64,000 bases of DNA, taken from positions 1 through 64,000 of the forward strand of contig JAQGDQ010000689.1 in assembly GCA_030141605.1 (NCBI GenBank), written 5' to 3'. Shown here in pieces: positions 13,011 through 26,786 of the stretch (the stretch's first letter is position 1; each line of letters opens with the position of its first letter). The notes under the pieces were generated by a model, which saw only the letters and a program-made list of their open reading frames with translations, had not been told where the DNA came from and did no database searches. The stretch comes from Tubiluchus corallicola. Taxonomy: Eukaryota; Animalia; Priapulida. Position numbers and translations under genes: made by a program.

Positions 13011-13204
13011 CTGAAATGCTGACATTATTTAACTAATTTTAGAAAACTGAGTATCATTAATCCCCCTCTTCATTGTCACATCAATCATATCCCTATATCA
13101 CCCCCCTCCCAACCGATTCGCCCCATTTTTTCTTCCTTGCACGTTTTACTTCCGGTTTTGCTACCAATAATATGAAGTTGTATCATATTTCTCATTGAAT
13201 TTAC

Positions 13205-13550
13205 GCATTTACGAGGTTTTTTTGAAGGTTGCGTTTACGAGGGTTGTATTTATGAAGGTTGTGTTTACGAGAGTTGTGTTTACGAGGGTTGTGTCTATGA
13301 GGGTTGTGTTTATGAGGGTTGTGTTTTTGAGGGTTGCATTTACGGGGTTGTGTTTATGAAGATTGTGTTTACGAGGGTTGTGTTTACGAAGGTTGTGTTT
13401 ACGAGGGTTGTATTTACGAGGGTTGTGTTTACGAGGGTTGTGTTTATGAAGGTTGTGTTTACGAGGGTTGTATTTATGAAGGTTGTGTTTACGAGGGTTG
13501 TATTTACGAGGGTTGTGTTTACGAGGGTTGTGTTTATGAAGGTTGTGTTT
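13205..13550. repeat. 15-bp tandem repeat (gtttacgagggttgt)n
   Basis: About 22 copies. The CVYEG and NTTLV ORFs are artefacts of it. Confidence 0.9.
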
Positions 13551-14172
13551 AACTTCAAAATATGTTTTTTAATTGACTCTAGTAACGTTGTCTGTTCTAA
13601 TGTTAAAGACGTAATCCATGCAGGGCAAGCGTGTTCTTGTATTGGTCTACTCCTGTCCACACCTGCAATGATGACGACGAGGGCCGAATTACGACCTTTT
13701 GAGGCTCTAAGCTAATGAAACTATGAGGTCCCCCAGAGATGGATCCACCTTCTAATTAGTCTGCACCAATTTTAAATGTTTTTCATTTGTGATATATTTT
13801 GGCAACATTTACGTGTGTTGTTTTGGACATAAGCACGTGGTGCCTCCTTGTGTTTGTTTTTTTTGCAAATTTAGGCTGTTGATAGACAGGTGAGCTAGGA
13901 CAGGAAATAGGCCATTGGCCTCATTTTGCAGACAGGATAGGAAAGAAGTAATTCTTGTTCAGTACGTCGTGTCGTTTTATAACAAAATTTTGTCAGTCGA
14001 GTTCTCTTTAGCAAGTTAGTAAGATGCTGCAAAGATGTAAGTTTGATTTCTTCATATTTCATAATATTATTATACATTTTCATTATAGCAGTTAATTATC
14101 CTTTTGACATTGGATTAGCAGAAAATGTTTTTATTTGCTTCAGATAAAACAAAGTCGAGTCGCACATAATAT

Positions 14173-14252
14173 GTCAGTCAGTCAGTCAGTCAGTCAGTCA
14201 GTCAGTCAGTCAGTCAGTCAGTCAGTCAGTCAGTCAGTCAGTCAGTCAGTCA
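14173..14252. repeat. (GTCA)n microsatellite
   Basis: About 20 perfect units. Confidence 0.95.
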
Positions 14253-15842
14253 AATATGTCATGATGTGATAGTGATTTTGGGATGAGACGATGATTGCCC
14301 ATTTTGGACAATAAAAAATCATAAATTACATCTAAAAGACTGTTGGACTTGTGTTGCGTACGTGTGTCGAAGCAAACTTGCTGCAAATTCTTTAAATAAA
14401 CTAGAATAGCTATAATTTTGTTTGTGAAAAAAAACGTTCTTTAAGAAGTACCACCATTGTACTATTTATTGCAAGCGAAATAAACACATATTTCAACACA
14501 AGCGTTGGTTAGTGAAAAACAGATTTTACAAAATGTTACCAAAGCTTGAGAGGTCTTAAGTTGAAGCCTATTCCTATCCAATAGGAAACTCGTCGTAGAC
14601 TTGGTCTATAAGCTGGTCATGCACCTTTAAAGAAAGACAGGATGTTGTTTCATAAATGTAAAAGTGTAAATAGTGTAAAAGCTTTTCTGATAATTAAATA
14701 ATAGATTAAAAACTTAATTAACGACGGGTGAGCCCAACTATTGAAGACATCACAAACTAACACAATTTTCAACAACAAAAGTATTCCACGAATGTGTTGC
14801 ACGTGTTTGCAAAAGCGAAAATTGAAGTACAGCGCTACTGTAAGATATTCAGTGTGTTGTACTAAAATTAGGCACGTTGTAAGGTAAAAATTCCAATTCA
14901 AATTTACCACTGTACTCACTATGAGCTGTCTAACGTGTGCAGTTTATCACAAACTAACGCATCTGAACTGAGAGGTACAGCACCTCTTTTCTGTGCAATG
15001 CGTTTCTGATATGCAGGCGCTAGTACCCGTCTAACTATCGAATGGCGAAACACATGTAACAGCGAAGAACTAGTGGCGCAAACGTGAAATTGTGTTTGTG
15101 GGTAATAATTATTTCACTTTCTTTTTTTTTTAAAAAAATAGTATGTTTCATTTCAGTATTTTAAAGAATAGATTGTTTTGACCTTCAGTTTAACTTTGGC
15201 TCCGGTTTTGATTTAAAGGTTTTGCTAAAAAAACAGTTAATAGGCCTAACATACTGTGCTTAGAAAATGGAGTTATTACTAAAAAAGTAAGTTTTTTTCT
15301 GTTTTCGACATTGCTGTGACATATATTTTTTCCAGGACAGAACCTATTTCCACAGTTTCGGCAGAATTTGACGATTTCGTTGAACTGAGCATGCGCAAAC
15401 CCCGAGTAGACGAACGTATCTCGTACACAAAGACAAAAACAAAGTTTACCACGTGCGCAGTGGGAGGTACCGTGTTACATCGGTTCTCTTTTAGTGGGAA
15501 GCTGTTGGGCGGGTAAGGGAGTAACCGATGGTGAAAGTTTGCAAGTGTTTATGAAGCCAAAATGTCGCTTTTCTTAAAACGCAGTGGTATCTGTTTTAAA
15601 ACCTTCAATTCATAACTGTTCCAGTCGACCACTCATTATCTGAAGCCCAGTGATTTATGTTTGTGATGAGCTGACGAACCCTGACACTTCCGGGCACGTC
15701 TGACCCAGGAGGAGTGTCATATGACAAGTTTTCCGGGAAAATAAAGCCCCTGGACAGCGGCTGGTTTGCTCATTTTTGCCGTAGCAGTTGGTCGTGTCTG
15801 TTACCAAGTGCAAATAAAGTTCGAATTGAGCCTTAAGACAAG

Positions 15843-17809
15843 ATGAAGACGGACATATTGATTCTTCTGGTTTTGTTTGGTTGCACTTTGGCTATTGTAC
15901 AGGTAAGAATTAAGGTATATTACAGAGTTAACCCTTTCATACCCCTTGTATCCCGTGGGATACGAGAATATTTTCTGCCTTTAAAATTAATAAAATTTTA
16001 AAACTGACAGTTATTTGATCTGTTAATAGTTATTTTGATTTAAGCCAATAACAATAGACTAAAAATGGTGATAAAATGGCAAACTAGAAAATCTACATAG
16101 CATAAAAAACTGCGCAAGGTACAGTACTTTAGAGATGACTTTGTACAGATCAGCATAGCATGCATACTAAATGTCTTAAATACTTTAAAAAATTATCAGC
16201 AGTTGCAAAATGAAGCACATTTTTGCTTTTGTGTTTTTAAAAAGTCGGATTTTGTTTTTTGCATATGACAAAGAATGTTGTGTGCATATGACAAAGAATG
16301 TTGTGTATCCCACAGGATACATTGGGAACAGAAGTACCAAGCCAACTAATTTTTTCTTATTAAAAAATAATTTGGGACTGAAAGGGTTAATACGATTAAT
16401 AAGTCGTAACACAACCGTAACTGATAAATATAGATGAAAACCGAGAAAATGTTGTGCTTTGCAGTTTAATTCTTTTTACCCAGCACAGACGCTTGCCTAA
16501 GAAAATCTATTGTATGGGTTTTATTAATTTCAATTAAGTATTAGCTAGTGAACTAGTCGTATGTTTGAATTGACTATTTTGAATTATTACATAATCGAAC
16601 TAACTAACTGTAAATTTCATCATTGCACATAGTGGAAATACTGTGATCAGTAAATTCCATCTAATACTCGAAATAAAAAAGGCACGCTGTAAAAATACAC
16701 ATTTTTAACACATTTTCTAAAGTCATTTTTACATGTTTTTGCGCATGCGTAGTCCATGTGAATTTGTGAAATTTTGTTCCAGGCTGCAGCAACCCATAGG
16801 GGTAATTATGGGCACGGACGCGGACACAATCATGGCTGGTACTGGAATAACAGGAGGCGTGGACCATCACAGCATTACTACCAAACCGCCTGTGACAATG
16901 ATGATGACTGTATGGAGTATGAATGTTGTACTCATCATCGACGGGGACACAGTGAGTAAATGGTAGCATTAGTTCCTGAACTCCACGATAAGATTTAGTC
17001 ACTCTTGTGGAATTTTAACAAACTAACAAGTTTTTACCCGTCTCAGGTTGGTTTGAAATTCGACGTTCAATATTCAATATTGAAAGTAAAAACAGTTTAA
17101 TGTATTGATACTCGAGACTTGCCATGGTCTCAAATACACGTCTCCTTACCAAAGGCAACACCACAATTCACTTCAGCTCAAGTTTATTTACGCTGTGCGT
17201 TTCAAATGCAGAGATTAAATGATAAATAAAAAATAAGATCTAAATTACAATGATAGCTAATTAAAGCAATGTGAAGTAATATCGACGTCATATCAAAAGT
17301 CGGCTGGCCATTTCACACAATAAATAAACTTTTTGACCTTGTGGCATGCACTTTTGACCTTCTGAACCAAAAAGCTGCAGGTTTGCGCCTTTCACTTAGA
17401 TGTGTTCCTGTGATAAGCATGGTGATTACAGCTTTGTCCATTCTGTTTTTACTGTTTGGACAGAGAGACAGACAGACGGACACACGAGCAGACGGGTACA
17501 GATAAACAGCAGCATTTAAACATTCTACTCACACTCAGACTGTTATTGACATGGATAATTATAATTTATGTTAAGATTACATAAAAATGTAATAAATTTT
17601 GCACTAATTTTCTAGGTTTCTGTGCATCTTCTCTAAGAGAAGGAGAATTCTGCGCTCTGGGTGGTGAAATCCCTTGGATGTGTCCCTGTAGCCAGCCAAT
17701 GATGTGCCAAGCCTTCGGAGACCATGATCATCCAGACGGGATATTTGGTTCAAGAGGAACTTACGGTCGCTGCCAAATGCCTTCGCCAAATTCCATCAGT
17801 ACCAAGTAA
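15843..17809 (+). CDS. Secreted prokineticin/astakine/Dickkopf-CRD-like (colipase-fold) peptide, 140 aa, 3 exons
   Basis: join(15843..15902,16783..16951,17616..17809), GT-AG introns, frames consistent (423 nt). Signal peptide MKTDILILLVLFGCTLAIVQA. Ten-Cys pattern C-x5-C-x4-CC-x9-C-x9-C-x9-CPC-x5-C-x21-C, with LREGEFC resembling prokineticin GREGEEC. Confidence 0.85.
15928..16390. mobile_element. piggyBac-type MITE, copy 2, in intron 1 of the prokineticin-like gene
   Basis: TTAA|ccctttcataccc ... gggactgaaaggg|TTAA, in the opposite orientation to copy 1. Confidence 0.85.
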
Positions 17810-17947
17810 CAAGACATTAGTGCTGATGCTGTTTTTTTACTTCACCCTGTATAGCTAGAAAAAAATTGTTAAGCTAATGTAATCTGTATCAAACAATTCA
17901 TTTATGTTTGTTCAAAAACGAAATCTGATATTTTTATCAGCAATTTC

Positions 17948-18490
17948 TCATTGTTACCAGGACATGTTTGCTGTTACTACCTGTTCATTGTTAGTTTTTG
18001 CTCATTGTTACTGCCTGTTCATTGTTACCAGGATGTGTTCACTGTTATTGCGTGTTCATTGTAAGTTTTTGCTCATTGTTACTGCCTGTTCATTGTTACC
18101 AGGATGTGTTCACTGTTATTGCATGTTCATTGTTAATTTTTGTTCATTGTTACTGCCTGTTCATTGTTACTATTTGCTCGTTCTTGCTATATATCTGTTC
18201 ATAGTTACTACCTGTTCATTGTTACTACTTACTACCAGTTCGTTGTTACTATATATTCATTGTTACTACCTGTTCGTTTTCGTTGTACTACTCATTCATT
18301 GTTACTACTCGTTCGTTGTTACTGCCTGTTCATTGTTACCATGACATGTCCACTGTTATTACCTGTTCATTGTTATTACCTGCTCATTGTTACTGCCTGT
18401 TCATTGTAAGTACTTGTTCATTGTTATTACCTATTCATTGTTACTACCTGTTCATTGTTACTACCTGTTCATTGTTACTACCTGTTCTTT
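17948..18490. repeat. Degenerate ~17-bp tandem repeat (cattgttactacctgtt)
   Basis: Many imperfect copies. The overlapping Leu/Cys-rich ORFs are artefacts. Confidence 0.85.
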
Positions 18491-19344
18491 TACTGTATTG
18501 CTCTGGAACCCGTCTGACATAAATAATCTTTCCATATTAATCTTTGTATATTATTTTGTAACAATGTTTGAATGAAATAATTGTAGATTTTGATGTCTGA
18601 TAAGCAAACTGTTTTTAATCCAATTAATTTTCACAGTTTATTTGCAAGTATAAATATCTGAATCTAGTAACATGTATATAAAAGTAAAATTTTAGCTGGA
18701 GTTTTTTTCATGTTCAGATTCTTGTACATTCATTTATTCATATTTCTAGTGTCAAAAATACATACAATACAAGAAAGAAAAACAAGACATACATACAATT
18801 TCAATTTTGAAATACAGTCAACCTCTGGTATAAGGTACTCACTTATAAGGGACTTTCAGTTTAAGACTGGTCCAGTTTTGCTTTAAGTCATGTTATGTTG
18901 CGAGTAATTAATCAATCAACTCCATTTTATTTTCTCAAAAGCAGGTAAAATTCGTCATAATTATTTTTACATTTCATTGCAGCTGAGAAGGAGCAGCGAA
19001 AGACCTATTGGTCATTTGGTCAGCTGCCCCTTATTAAAAATACAAGTTTGCTCACAGGCTCATGACATGTTTAGGTGTTTGTGTATATATAAAAGGCAAA
19101 AGCAACAAAGATCAACTCAAAGCAGAAATGCAATTCAAAGCATAAAAAGGAATAACATCAAGCAAAAAATTAATGAAATTCAATGAAGAGAAAAAATATG
19201 ATCAAATAAAAGCAACAAAAATCTACTCAAAGCAAAAATGCAATTCCACTCAGAATAAAAGGAAGTTATCACAAGCAATGCAAAACGGAATTTAACTCAT
19301 AGCAAAATATTATATCAAACAAAAGTTTGATTTTGCAAACGTAC

Positions 19345-19468
19345 ACTCCCGCTCCCTCTTTTGTAACATGCACGTGGTCATCTTGATTTGTCCTGGGTAC
19401 GAAACGAAGACGCGTCTTGGCTTCAATCATGTCCAAAGCCTCCCGTATTGTAGCCCTTTGATTGCTGT
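19345..19468 (-). pseudogene. Isolated astacin metalloprotease exon
   Basis: Acceptor ttttttcctag, then DSNQRATIREALDMIEAKTRLRFVPRTNQDDHVHVTKEGAG, matching the astacin pattern AMxxIExxTCxRFVxRTxExDY. The conserved Cys is replaced by Arg, and no other astacin exons were seen. Confidence 0.65.
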
Positions 19469-20402
19469 CTAGGAAAAAAAACACACGGTAGAATGTCATG
19501 ATCCGTCGAACAGCTGTTTGGTTTAAAGGACAAGAAAAGGGGGTACATCAAGGGGTATGGTGGTTCTACTGAAGGAGTTATATTCGTAGTTACATTGAAA
19601 TCACAACCTTCCACAGAAAGTGGTGCTTTTGGTGTGTATGGTTTGAGAATGTAAGCACCCATTCCTATCCAAAATGAGAAAGCCATGCCTCCAAAGTGAC
19701 CAAACATGGCGCCCTGAAAAGTTTCATATGGTTGTGGTAAATAGCGGCTGATTTTGCAGTTCAATAGTCTCTGATTCGGTTTGCTATTCTGTGGTGATTG
19801 AATAAATCTGCCACCAGGGCTATTTGTGATATTTTCCAAGGATGAGCATGATCCAGGCAGAAAGCGAATTCAAATTAGAAAATTCAAAGCGAATTTACGA
19901 CTTTCGAACACAAATCAAGCCGAATTTAAAGATTTCGAAACCGAATCGAATTCGAATTTTAAAGGACAAGAAAAGTAGGTTTCAGAAAAATCGCCTTAAG
20001 AAATTATGTTACTTTACAGCGATTTTATGTATGGTAAATATCGAACTCGCGCTAAAAGGAATTTTTGTTTGTTTTCACTCGAAAAACTTCCGCAATACTG
20101 TTGCGACTGCGCTATTTCATGACGTCACAACGTAAATCAGTGGAAGAAAAGAAAACGTTAAACTATGTCCCAAAAAACTTTCCATGCAAAGTTGTGTTAC
20201 TTGGCATTTCGTTTACCAGCGTGAAACACTTATGTATGGGCCCAATTCGAAAAATAAACCCCCAATGGCACGACACTAGATCGAGACCTTTCGTTTGATG
20301 TATAGATCGCCACAAATGGTGCTGTCGTCAGAGCTATAGCCTCGAATCTTATATTTATATATATATATAAATATACAACATACCAAGAGAATTAATATAT
20401 AG

Positions 20403-20575
20403 ACTAGCAAATACCCCGCAAAAAATTTTGCGTATAAATACACTCATAATCAAAAATACGCAAACATCCTACCTAGTGTTTGTTTACTTACCTAACGCAA
20501 AGCCAGCAGCAGCAGCTTTTACTGAATTAAAGTTATAAGGTTACAGACAGAGCATAATGGATGACGTCAGAACAC
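20403..20575 (-). mobile_element. Helitron-like 3' terminal fragment, left arm of a ~175-bp inverted repeat
   Basis: The minus strand ends ...cgcaaaattttttgcg gggtatttg CTAG|t, a hairpin followed by CTAG. It is the reverse complement of 28424-28586. Confidence 0.6.
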
Positions 20576-20610
20576 CGAGGAAATGACATATTGTATGGAG
20601 ACGCACAATC

Positions 20611-20624
20611 GTTGCCATGGAAAC
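20611..20624 (+). promoter_or_regulatory. RFX X-box upstream of protamine-like gene 1
   Basis: GTTGCCATGGAAAC matches the RFX consensus and starts 122 bp before the ATG. A full CRE (TGACGTCA) lies at 20562-20569. Confidence 0.65.
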
Positions 20625-20732
20625 GGTTCATCTCGCTCCGAGGCATCACTGAAGCCCGAAGGAGTTGGCTCTGATACTCGGCTGAGAAACGTGGTGCTGG
20701 ACTTCTCTCCCTTTATCGAGTAAAACAAGGAC

Positions 20733-21138
20733 ATGGCTGGTAAGCAGACACGGGTTGTTTATACAGCTCCAAAAAGTAAATAAACTACAGTTGATTAAGG
20801 CCTACGATATTTATTGGAATTACTTAACTGACACTTGAATTAATTAACAATTTAGTGCAAATTATCATGAACGTTGCTTTCCAGTCTCACGTTCTCGTTG
20901 TGAGAGACGACGTTCCGGTAGACGTTCCCGTTCCCGTTCTCGCCGACGTTCTCGTTATGGAAGACGTTCCCGTCGGCGCTCTCCTTCCCGTCGACGTTCT
21001 CGTTATGGAAGACGTTCCCGTCGGCGCCGTCCTTCCCGTCGACGTTCTCGTTATGGAAGAGGTTCCCGTCGGCGCCGTCCTTCCCGTCGACCGAAACGAC
21101 GAAGGTCTTGTCCTGGATGGCAACCGTCAGACGGTTGA
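20733..21138 (+). CDS. Protamine-like Arg/Ser-rich sperm nuclear basic protein, copy 1 (86 aa)
   Basis: join(20733..20739,20885..21138): ATGGCTG|gtaagc ... ctttccag|TC. Protein MAVSRSRCERRRSGRRSRSRSRRRSRYGRRSRRRSPSRRRSRYGRR...KRRRSCPGWQPSDG, with 42 of 86 residues Arg. Confidence 0.8.
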
Positions 21139-21214
21139 TGCTGAAATACAAGCTCTGCAAAACTTCACGGTATGGCAGACTTACTGAGAATGTTTGTTGA
21201 ATTGGAACTGCAGG

Positions 21215-21480
21215 TTATTTATTTTGACTTACAATGATGTATGAAATTGTACCGTAATTTATTAGCATTTCCGGAGTTGCAGTCAAACACCACATTTTAC
21301 TATTGTACATGAAGATACTGGTTACAAATGCACTGAGAAGTCGCAAATTTGTTTTGAGGGAAAGTTTCTTGCTGGCGAGAATTGATTTACCTTTGATAAA
21401 ACAATATATTGCTTGCCGTTTCTTATTTTTCGTCTCATCAATTATGATGCCATTATACAAAATTTTAAATCGCACTTAGA
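21215..21480 (-). mobile_element. RTE-clade LINE fragment, repeated in each cluster unit (also 24047-24310 and 27214-27480)
   Basis: SKKLSLKTNLRLLSAFVTSIFMYNSKMWCL resembles the post-RT RTE pattern LSxKTKLRLYxAxVxSxLLYxSExW. Confidence 0.65.
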
Positions 21481-22112
21481 GCACCTTACTAACACACGAT
21501 TTTTTTCTTTTTCAGAAATATTATTGAAAATTCTCCCTAGCAAAGTTGAAATGGCAAATTTACAAGCAGAAGGGAAAAAGTTTCTGCCACAAAAAGTTTT
21601 CGATCTTCATCATTACTGTAACGTCAGATGAGCTTAGCTTCAGTGGAAAATCAACCTTTCATACTTGCACGAAATTGCTAAACTTTGTTAAAAAAATAAA
21701 TTAAAATTAAAAAAAGTTTTGACTTAATCATTTTTTGGTTTTATTGTATTGCAATTATGTGAAAAATCTGTGAAATTGTATCGTAATTATTATAAATGTT
21801 TTGATAATTTTTGCAACCAGTGTCGTCATACTTATTTTATGCAGAAAATTAAAGCCATCTAATGAATGTAATACGGAGTCTGAATTGGACATCAGCAAGC
21901 CATTATCCGTGCACTCCATCAAATGCAGGGATTACTATGGCGTCGTCTGTGAGGCGGGATCAGCACCTAGCTTAACAGAAAAGGAATTATACAAGGTGCA
22001 ATTTACATATACATCTATAATTATATATACTATCTTCATCTCCGTACAATTCATTAGATAAATGTACACTTTATGATAGTTAGCAAATTCAGTAAATAAA
22101 TTAATATTAATG

Positions 22113-22541
<429 letters not shown>

Positions 22542-22796
22542 AGGCGCATAGCTGTAAAGAAAAGTTGAAAAGGCACAAAAATGATCTTTCCTCATAATAT
22601 ACAGAATATCCGTAAACTTACTAAACCAGGCGGAGGTACCATAATGTCACCTTCAAAGGCACCTGAAAAAACATTGAAAAGATGTTATTGTTTATAGCAA
22701 TGCTACCATTTACCTGGCTATAGCATTAAAGTAAGTACGCCTTTTCACAGTTGCAGCGATTGATGATGATCGTGGAAAGGTCAAAGGTTGAGTGTA

Positions 22797-23343
22797 CATT
22801 TATATGCACTATTTTCACATTGTGACTACAATTTATATGCACTATTTTCACATTGTGACTACAATTTATATGCACTTTTCTCACATTGTGACTACAATTT
22901 ATATGCACTATTTCACATTGTGACTACAATTTATATGCACTTTTCTCACATTGTGACTACAATTTATATGCACTATTTCACATTGTGACTACAATTTATA
23001 TGCACTTTTCTCACATTGTGACTACAATTTATATGCACTATTTCACATTGTGACTACAATTTATATGCACTATTTCACATTGTGACTACAATTTATATGC
23101 ACTATTTTTACATTGTAACTACAATTTATATGCACTATTTCACATTGTGACTACAATTTATATGCACTATTTTCACATTGTGACTACAATTTATATGCAC
23201 TATTTTCTCATTGTAACTACAATTTATATGCACTATTTCACATTGTGACTACAATTTATATGCACTATTTTCACATTGTGACTACAATTTATATGCACTA
23301 TTTTCACATTGTGACTACAATTTATATGCACTGTTTTCACATT
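22797..23343. repeat. 32/33-bp tandem minisatellite
   Basis: Unit tatatgcactattttcacattgtgactacaatt, about 17 copies. Confidence 0.95.
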
Positions 23344-23405
23344 TATCCTGTAATTGTCTGCTTGTCTAACATATGACGATACATATTGTATGGTGACGCA
23401 CAATC

Positions 23406-23419
23406 GTTGCCATGGAAAC
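23406..23419 (+). promoter_or_regulatory. RFX X-box upstream of protamine-like gene 2
   Basis: GTTGCCATGGAAAC 122 bp before the ATG, preceded by the half-CRE TGACGCA. Confidence 0.65.
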
Positions 23420-23527
23420 GTTTAATCTCACTCCGAGGCATCACTGAAGCTCGAAGGAGTTGATTCTGATACTCGGCTGAGAAACGTGGTGCTGGACTTC
23501 TCTCCCTTTATCGTGTAAAGCAAGGAC

Positions 23528-23936
23528 ATGGCTGGTAAGCAGACACGGGTTGTTTATACAGCTCCAAAAAGTAAATAAACTACAGTTGATTAAGGCCTAC
23601 GATATTTATAAGAATTACTTAACTGACACTTAAATTAATTAACAATTTAGTGCAAATTATCATGAACTTTGCTTTCCAGTCTCACGTTCTCGTTGTGAGA
23701 GACGACGTTCCGGTAGACGTTCCCGTTCCCGTTCTCGCCGACGTTCTCGTTATGGAAGACGTTCCCGTAGACGTTCTCGTTATGGAAGACGTTCCCGTCG
23801 ACGTTCTCGCTATGGAAGACGTTCCCGTCGACGTTCTCGTTATGGAAGACGTTCTCGTTACGGAAGACATTGTGGTTTCCTTCCACCGCGTCCAGGAGGG
23901 CCAGTGACGCCAGGGGCACCAGGGGTATGGACCTAG
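23528..23936 (+). CDS. Protamine-like protein, copy 2 (87 aa)
   Basis: join(23528..23534,23680..23936). Protein MAVSRSRCERRRSGRRSRSRS(RRRSRYGRRS)n...RYGRHCGFLPPRPGGPVTPGAPGVWT*. Confidence 0.8.
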
Positions 23937-24975
23937 GCGTACATGGCAACGACGGGGGTAGGCCCATCTCTGCCGAAATTCAAGCTCTGCAAAACTTCAC
24001 GGTATGGCAGCCTTACTGAGAATATTTGTTGAATTGGAACTGCAGGTTATTTATTTTGACTTACAATGATGTATGAAATTGTACCGTAATTTATTAGCAT
24101 TTCCGGAGTTGCAGTCAAGCACAACATTTTACTATTGTACATGAAGATACTGGTTACAAATGCACTGAGAAGTCGCAAATTTGTTTTGAGGGAAAGTTTC
24201 TTGCTGGCGAGAATTGATTTATCTTTGATAAAACAGTATATTGCTTGCTGTTTCATATTTTTCGTCTCATCAATTATGATGCCATTATTCAAAATTTTAA
24301 ATCGCACTTAGAGCACCGTACTAACACATGATTTTTTTTCAGAAAATGAAAATTCTCCCTAGCAAAATTGAAATGACAAATTTACAAGCAGAAGGGAAAA
24401 AGTTTCTGCCACAAAAAGTTTTCGATCTTCATCATTACTGTAACGTCAGATGAGCTTAGCTTCAGTGGAAAATCAACCTTTCATACTTTCACGAAATTGT
24501 TAAACTTTGTTAAAAAAATTAATTAAAATTAAAAAGAAGTTTTGACTTAATCATTTTTTTGGTTTTATTATATTGCAATAATGTGAAAAATCTGTGAAAT
24601 TGTATCGTAATTATTATAAATGTTGTGATAATTTTTGCAACCAGTGTCGTCATACTTATTTTATGCAAAAAATTAAAGCCATCTAATGAATGTAATACGG
24701 AGTCTGAACTGGACATCAGCATGCCTTACACGCCCTATGAGGAGGAGGCTGCAAGCCATTATCCGTGCACTCCATCAAATGCAGGGATTACTATGGCATC
24801 GGTTGTGAGGCGGGATCAGCACCTACCTTAACAGAAAAGCAATTATACAAGACGCAATATACATATACATATACATCTATAATTATATATATTATCTTCA
24901 TCTCCGTACAATTCATTAGATAAATGTACACTTTCTAATAGTTAGCAAATTCAGTAAATAAATTAATATTAATGA

Positions 24976-24977
24976 AA

Positions 24978-25008
<31 letters not shown>

Positions 25009-25352
25009 GTGATAGTGACAGTGACAGCGACAGCGACAGAGACACCGACAGCGACAGCAACAGCAACAGCCACAGTAAAAGTAACAGTAACAGTAACAGT
25101 AACAGTAACAGTAACAGTAATAGTAATAGCAATAGTAACAGTAATAATAACAATAACCATAACCATAACCATAACCATAACCATAACCATAACCATAACC
25201 ATAACCATAACCATAACCATAACCATAACCATAACCATAACCATAACCATAACCATAACCATAACCATAACCATAACCATAACCATAACCATAACCATAA
25301 CCATAACCATAACAATAACAATAACAATAACAATAACAATATCAATAACAAT

Positions 25353-25388
<36 letters not shown>

Positions 25389-25414
25389 AATAATAATAAT
25401 AGTAATAATAATAA
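24976..25414. repeat. Compound microsatellite, second copy
   Basis: Same block order as 22113-22541, with a longer (ATAACC)n. Confidence 0.95.
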
Positions 25415-25666
25415 GGCGCATAGCTGTAAAGAAAAGTTGAAAAGGCACAAAAATGATCTTTCGTCATAATATACAGAATATCGTAAACTTACTAAACCAG
25501 GTGGAGGTACCAGAATGTCACCTTCAAAGGCACCTGAAAAAACAGTGAAAAGATGTTATTGTTTATAGCAATGCTACCATTTACCCGGCTATAGTATTAA
25601 AGTAAGCATGCCTTTTCACAGTTGCAGCGATTGATGAGGATCGTGGAAAGGTCAAAGGTTGAGTGT

Positions 25667-26602
25667 ACATTTATATGCACTATTTTCACATTGTGACTAC
25701 AATTTATATGCACTATTTTCATATTGTGACTACAATTTATATGCACTATTCTCACATTGTGACTACAATTTATATGCACTATTTCACATTGTGACTACAA
25801 TTTATATGCACTATTTCACATTGTGACTACAATTTATATGCACTATTTCACATTGTAACTACAATTTATATGCACTATTTCACATTGTGACTACAATTTA
25901 TATGCACTATTTCACATTGTGACTACAATTTATATGCACTATTTCACATTGTAACTACAATTTATATGCACTATTTCACATTGTGACTACAATTTATATG
26001 CACTATTTTCACATTGTGACTACAATTTATATGCACTATTTTCACATTGTGACTACAATTTATATGCACTATTTTCACATTGTGACTACAATTTATATGC
26101 ACTATTTTCACATTGTGACTACAATTTATATGCACTATTTTCACATTGTGACTACAATTTATATGCACTATTCTCACATTGTAACTACCATTTATATGCA
26201 CTATTTCGCATTGTGACTACAATTTATATGCACTATTTCACATTGTGACTACAATTTATATGCACTATTTCACATTGTAACTACAATTTATATGCACTAT
26301 TTCACATTGTGACTACAATTTATATGCACTATTTCACATTGTGACTACAATTTATATGCACTATTTCACATTGTAACTACAATTTATATGCACTATTTCA
26401 CATTGTGACTACAATTTATATGCACTATTTTCACATTGTGACTACAATTTATATGCACTATTTTCACATTGTGACTACAATTTATATGCACTATTTTCAC
26501 ATTGTGACTACAATTTATATGCACTATTTTCACATTGTGACTACAATTTATATGCACTATTTTCACATTGTAACTACAATTTATATGCACTGTTTTCACA
26601 TT
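25667..26602. repeat. 32/33-bp tandem minisatellite, second and longer copy
   Basis: Same unit as 22797-23343, about 29 copies. Confidence 0.95.
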
Positions 26603-26664
26603 TATCCTGTAATTGTCTGCTTGTCTAACATATGATGATACATATTGTATGGTGACGCACAATC

Positions 26665-26678
26665 GTTGCCATGGAAAC
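26665..26678 (+). promoter_or_regulatory. RFX X-box upstream of protamine-like gene 3
   Basis: GTTGCCATGGAAAC 122 bp before the ATG, preceded by TGACGCA. Confidence 0.65.
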
Positions 26679-26786
26679 GTTTCATCTCACTCCGAGGCAT
26701 CACTGAAGTTCGAAGAAGTTGATTCTGATACTCGGCTGAGAAACGTGGTGCTGGACTTCTCTCCCTTTATCGAGTAAAGCAAGGAC

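Noticed and set aside
20852-21187. Listed ORFs in other frames or strands (VDVPVPVL..., FHNENVDG..., SSITRTSTG...)
   Set aside because: These are shadow frames of the Arg-rich exon. Only the Arg frame has a matching ATG micro-exon, splice sites and promoter motif.
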